From an uncultured Gemmatimonadales bacterium (lineage in GTDB: Bacteria > Gemmatimonadota > Gemmatimonadetes > Gemmatimonadales > GWC2-71-9): DNA of 64,000 nt. A program made the position numbers and the translations under genes. Below are positions 60,669 through 64,000 of the stretch, one piece after another (the stretch's first letter is position 1; each line of letters starts with the position of its first letter). The notes under the pieces were generated by a model, which had not been told where the DNA came from, searched no databases, and saw only the letters and a program-made list of their open reading frames with translations. The stretch covers positions 64,001 to 128,000 of the forward strand of contig CAWJMT010000037.1 in NCBI GenBank assembly GCA_963844035.1. Reading direction: 5' to 3'.

Positions 60669-61137
60669 CGGTGATCTTGTACCCGTCGGGGTCGGTGATC
60701 GCGAACGCGTAGTCGCCCCACGGGGTTTCCCGGGGCTCGTAGTCCAACCGGACGCCGCTCGCCTTGATGCGGGCGGCGATCGCCGCGATGTCCTGCGCCG
60801 TCGCGAGCCACAGCCGCACCCCGTCACCTTTCGCGCGATCGCGGCCCTTCGTGAAATCGTCCTGCGACAGCATCAGGTCGCACACGCCCGCTTTCATCTG
60901 TATGCCCAGCAGTTTCCCGTTGTCTTCCCATCGCTCCCCCGGCCAGAAGCGCAGCACATCGCGGTACCAGGCGATGCTGCGCGTCAGGTCGTTCACCGTG
61001 AGCGAGGCGGCCAGGGAACGCAGCCGCAGCGACTCGGGCTGCTGGCGTTGAGCGAGCGCGGGGGACTTCGGGGCACGCTTCGGGGTGGACTTCTTCGGTG
61101 CGGGTTTGCGGGCGGGCTTCTTTTTCTTGGGCGCCAT
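60652..61137 (-). CDS. VOC/glyoxalase family protein with Lys/Pro/Ala-rich N-terminal tail
   Basis: LTVNDLTRSIAWYRDVL; PWG...F...DPDGYKIT. Confidence 0.9.
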   Translation of the reverse strand: MAPKKKKPARKPAPKKSTPKRAPKSPALAQRQQPESLRLRSLAASLTVNDLTRSIAWYRDVLRFWPGERWEDNGKLLGIQMKAGVCDLMLSQDDFTKGRDRAKGDGVRLWLATAQDIAAIAARIKASGVRLDYEPRETPWGDYAFAITDPDGYKITVIQEE

Positions 61138-61247
61138 CGGACGTCCCTCCCTGGTACGGTCCGGAATCGAGGCATGGACGGGAGCAAGCGTAGCGTCCGG
61201 TGCACCCTTGCGCCAGATTTCACGCCCCCACGCTCACGGAGCCTGTC

Positions 61248-61676
61248 ATGACCACCAGTCGCGCCAGCGCCGTATGGGAAGGCAAGCTTAAGGACGGGAA
61301 AGGCAGCTACAAGGCGGCGAGCGGGACCTTCAGCGGCGCCTATTCGTTTCGTACACGATTTGAGGGAGCCGCGGGCTCGACCCCCGAGGAGCTGCTCGCC
61401 GCCGCCCACGCGGCGTGCTACAGCATGGCGCTGTCCCATGACCTCGATGGGGCCGGCACCCCGGCGACTCGGGTGACCACGGAGGCCGCCTGCACCATCG
61501 ACAAGGTGGGTGACGGCTTCAAGATCACCACGATGGAGCTCAAGGTGCGCGGGAAGGTGCCGGGGATCGACCAGGCCAAGTTCCAGCGGGTGGCCGAAGC
61601 GGCAAAGAACGGCTGTCCGGTGTCTGGCGCGCTCAAGGGCAACGTGCAGATAAAGCTCGACGCGAAGCTCGAGTAA
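61248..61676 (+). CDS. osmC: OsmC family peroxiredoxin
   Basis: AVWEG, YSFRTRFE, PEELLAAAHAACYSMAL, AKNGCPVS. Confidence 0.93.
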   Translation: MTTSRASAVWEGKLKDGKGSYKAASGTFSGAYSFRTRFEGAAGSTPEELLAAAHAACYSMALSHDLDGAGTPATRVTTEAACTIDKVGDGFKITTMELKVRGKVPGIDQAKFQRVAEAAKNGCPVSGALKGNVQIKLDAKLE

Positions 61677-61689
61677 CCGAGGGGGAACG

Positions 61690-62397
61690 GTGCAGCGGCG
61701 TGGTCGCGACCTGTTGGGAGTGGGAATCGCGCTCGTCCTCGCGGCCACGTGTGTGCGGTTGGGGTTCTGGCAGCTCTCCCGCCTCCACCAGCGCCAGGCG
61801 CGGAACGCGAGCGCGCGGGCCGGGTGGGCGCTGCCGCCACTCGAGGTGACGGGGACCACCCCGCTGGACTCGGTCCACAACCGCCGCGTGCACGTACGGG
61901 GAGCGTATGACTTCGGCCACGAGCGTATGTGGCGGCCGCACATGCTGGACGAAGCACCGGGCGTGAATCTCGTCACGCCACTCAAGCTTGGCGACGGCGC
62001 TGCGGTGCTGGTGGATCGTGGCTGGGTGGCGTCGCCCGACGCCTATCACGTGGACGAGCGCGCGTTCCAGGAGCCTGAGTCGGCTGATGTCGCAGGACTC
62101 GCGTTCGCCGCACCGCGCGGTCACGGCGATGTGGATCCGGCGAAGTTGCAGGATTCTGTGCCGTACGCGTTGCTGCCGTTCGTCGTCCAGCAGCTCCCCG
62201 ACTGTCCGTCCGTTGTGCCTGGCAGTACCTGTGTGCCTCCTGCGTCTCCTGCGCCTGGTGGTCTCCCGCGCCGGTTGCCGCCGCCCGAGCTTACGAACGG
62301 CCCTCATCTTTCCTACGTGATTCAGTGGTTCAGTTTCGCCACGATCATCCTCGTTGGCTCCTTCGTGCTGTTCCGTAAGAAGCCGCAGACAGCGTAG
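61690..62397 (+). CDS. SURF1 family protein
   Basis: RLGFWQLSR, VLVDRGWV, HLSYVIQWFSFA. Confidence 0.92.
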   Translation: MQRRGRDLLGVGIALVLAATCVRLGFWQLSRLHQRQARNASARAGWALPPLEVTGTTPLDSVHNRRVHVRGAYDFGHERMWRPHMLDEAPGVNLVTPLKLGDGAAVLVDRGWVASPDAYHVDERAFQEPESADVAGLAFAAPRGHGDVDPAKLQDSVPYALLPFVVQQLPDCPSVVPGSTCVPPASPAPGGLPRRLPPPELTNGPHLSYVIQWFSFATIILVGSFVLFRKKPQTA

Positions 62398-62634
62398 TTG
62401 CGAGCGCGGGGCTACCGCGAACCCGGCCGAATCGTTACCTTGTTTGCGCAAGGCAAGAACCGCGAGCTGGCATCCTTCCGAAGGACGGTCCCGCTCAGGA
62501 GCGGGCACCGGCGCTGTACACACGCTCGGTCTCATTCCCAGGGTTCAAAAAACAAAATTGTGACGCTGCAACGCAGTGGCCTGGCCACTGGCGGCGTGCG
62601 TGTGTGTGTATTTCAGAAAGGGAAGTGTTTCCTA

Positions 62635-63849
62635 ATGCCATTTACATCCCTGGGGCTTGCCCCAGAGCTCGTCCGCGCCGTAGCCGACGAAGGCTACGAG
62701 CTCCCGACACCCATTCAGCGCGAGGCGATTCCGCTGGCGCTCGCGGGCCGCGACCTGATCGGCTCCGCGCAGACCGGCACCGGTAAGACCGCTGCCTTCC
62801 TGTTGCCGATCCTGCAGCGCCTGTCCACCGGCCCCCAGCATGTGCTGCGCGCCCTGATCCTCGTTCCCACCCGCGAGCTGGCCGAGCAGGTGGTCGAGAG
62901 CGCGCGAACCTATGGCCGGCATCTCCAGGTCACAGCGGCGGCGATCTATGGGGGAGTAGGCATGGAGCCGCAGACGCGGGCGTTAGCCCGGGGTGTGGAC
63001 ATTGTCGTCGCGACGCCCGGCCGGCTGCTCGATCACATCGGGCGGGGCCACCTCAACTTTTCACGCATCGAAGTGCTGGTGCTCGACGAAGCCGATCGCA
63101 TGCTCGATATGGGCTTCGCACCCGACGTGCGCCGCATCCTGGACGAGCTGCCCGCCGAGCGGCAAACGATGCTCTTCTCGGCAACGATTTCCGCGGATGT
63201 CGACCGGCTGGCGCAGCGCGCGATGCAGGGGCACGCGTCGGTCGAGATCGGCCGCCGGGCGGCGCCTGCCGAGGGCGTCGAGCACGTGCTGGTGGCGGTG
63301 GACAAGCTGCAGAAGCGGGGGGCGCTCGCCCGCGTGCTTCAGGCGAAGCCCGCCGGGCAGACCCTCGTATTCACCCGCACGAAGTACGGGGCCGACAAAC
63401 TGGTCACGTTCTTGCGGCGCGAGAACATCATGGCCCACGCAATCCACGGCGACAAAGCGCAGAGCCACCGCCAGCGCACGCTCGAGCTGTTCCGGAGCGG
63501 CGAGGCGGACATCCTGGTCGCGACCGACATCGCCGCCCGGGGGATCGACGTGGACGGCATCCGCATGGTCGTGAACTTCGACGTTCCCACCGATCCCGAG
63601 GTGTATGTGCACCGGGTCGGCCGGACGGCGCGGGCGGGCCACAGCGGAGTAGCGCTGACGCTGATGTCGCCGGACGAGTGGCTGCTCGTGGCGGACATCG
63701 AGAAGCTGATCGGGCAGTCATTCCCGCGGGAGGTGGTCCCGGGGTTCGAGCCCGTGGCCAAGCCGCCCGCATCCCGGGCGGCCATCGTGGCGACGCCCAG
63801 GCCGGCGCGGTCGATGGGGGTACGCGCGGGCGGGCGGCGCCGCCGCTAA
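62635..63849 (+). CDS. DEAD-box RNA helicase (RhlE-like)
   Basis: PTPIQ, AQTGTGKT, PTRELA, TPGRL, DEAD, SAT, ARGID, HRVGRTAR. Confidence 0.97.
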   Translation: MPFTSLGLAPELVRAVADEGYELPTPIQREAIPLALAGRDLIGSAQTGTGKTAAFLLPILQRLSTGPQHVLRALILVPTRELAEQVVESARTYGRHLQVTAAAIYGGVGMEPQTRALARGVDIVVATPGRLLDHIGRGHLNFSRIEVLVLDEADRMLDMGFAPDVRRILDELPAERQTMLFSATISADVDRLAQRAMQGHASVEIGRRAAPAEGVEHVLVAVDKLQKRGALARVLQAKPAGQTLVFTRTKYGADKLVTFLRRENIMAHAIHGDKAQSHRQRTLELFRSGEADILVATDIAARGIDVDGIRMVVNFDVPTDPEVYVHRVGRTARAGHSGVALTLMSPDEWLLVADIEKLIGQSFPREVVPGFEPVAKPPASRAAIVATPRPARSMGVRAGGRRRR

Positions 63850-63850
63850 G

Positions 63851-64000
63851 CTACTTCAGGCTCTTCAGGAACTCCGGGACCGGGATCGCCGGCAGCGTCA
63901 GCAGCCGCACGCTGCCGCGCGCTCCCAACGCCGCGGAGACGCGGGCGATGGTGGAGTTGTCCGGCGCTTCCACGATGTTGACGAAATCATAGGCGCCCAG
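63851..64000 (-). CDS. GYD domain-containing protein (C-terminal part)
   Basis: LGAYDFVNIVEAPDNSTIARVSAALGARGSVRLLTLPAIPVPEFLKSLK*. Confidence 0.85.
   Translation of the reverse strand: MGAYDFVNIVEAPDNSTIARVSAALGARGSVRLLTLPAIPVPEFLKSLK

Noticed and set aside
1..64000. CRISPR arrays, tRNA/rRNA (including tRNA-Sec), transposases, integrases
   Set aside because: None was recognised by eye; a tRNAscan-SE/Infernal run would be needed to exclude small RNAs formally.

Overview
This is a high-GC bacterial chromosomal segment. The ECF sigma sequence and overall gene content suggest Gemmatimonadota, but that is inference. At least 15 otherwise intact genes carry single-base frameshifts, most likely unpolished long-read assembly errors. 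Gene order is: envelope/redox genes (DUF5916, RMD1-like, DUF885, AhpE-like peroxiredoxin, DsbA-like, DUF445), an ECF sigma factor, and an operon joining a Tat-exported GMC dehydrogenase and a CDGSH Fe-S protein to a multi-step phosphorelay. Next come an exported MsrB and a di-heme lipoprotein. A ~15 kb tailoring cluster follows: GT87-propeller fusion, radical SAM/SPASM, methyltransferase, GT-C, sulfotransferase, four-repeat unknown protein, HprK-like kinase, nucleotidyltransferase, MFS, TonB-dependent receptor, small lipoprotein and GT9. After it lie a full kdpFABCDE locus with two extra genes, amidase/serine hydrolase genes, ada, ArsR-SRPBCC-DinB, an AAA ATPase, pntAAB-B, osmC, SURF1 and a DEAD-box helicase. 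The most notable observation is the CPA1 cation:proton antiporter after pntB. Its apparent UGA stop falls inside a rhodanese domain (YCA-UGA-HSEATSARVA), the frame continues for 47 codons that complete the fold, and a SECIS-like hairpin follows the UGA. It is therefore a candidate selenocysteine-containing, possibly redox-gated antiporter. No rRNA, tRNA, CRISPR array or mobile element was recognised.
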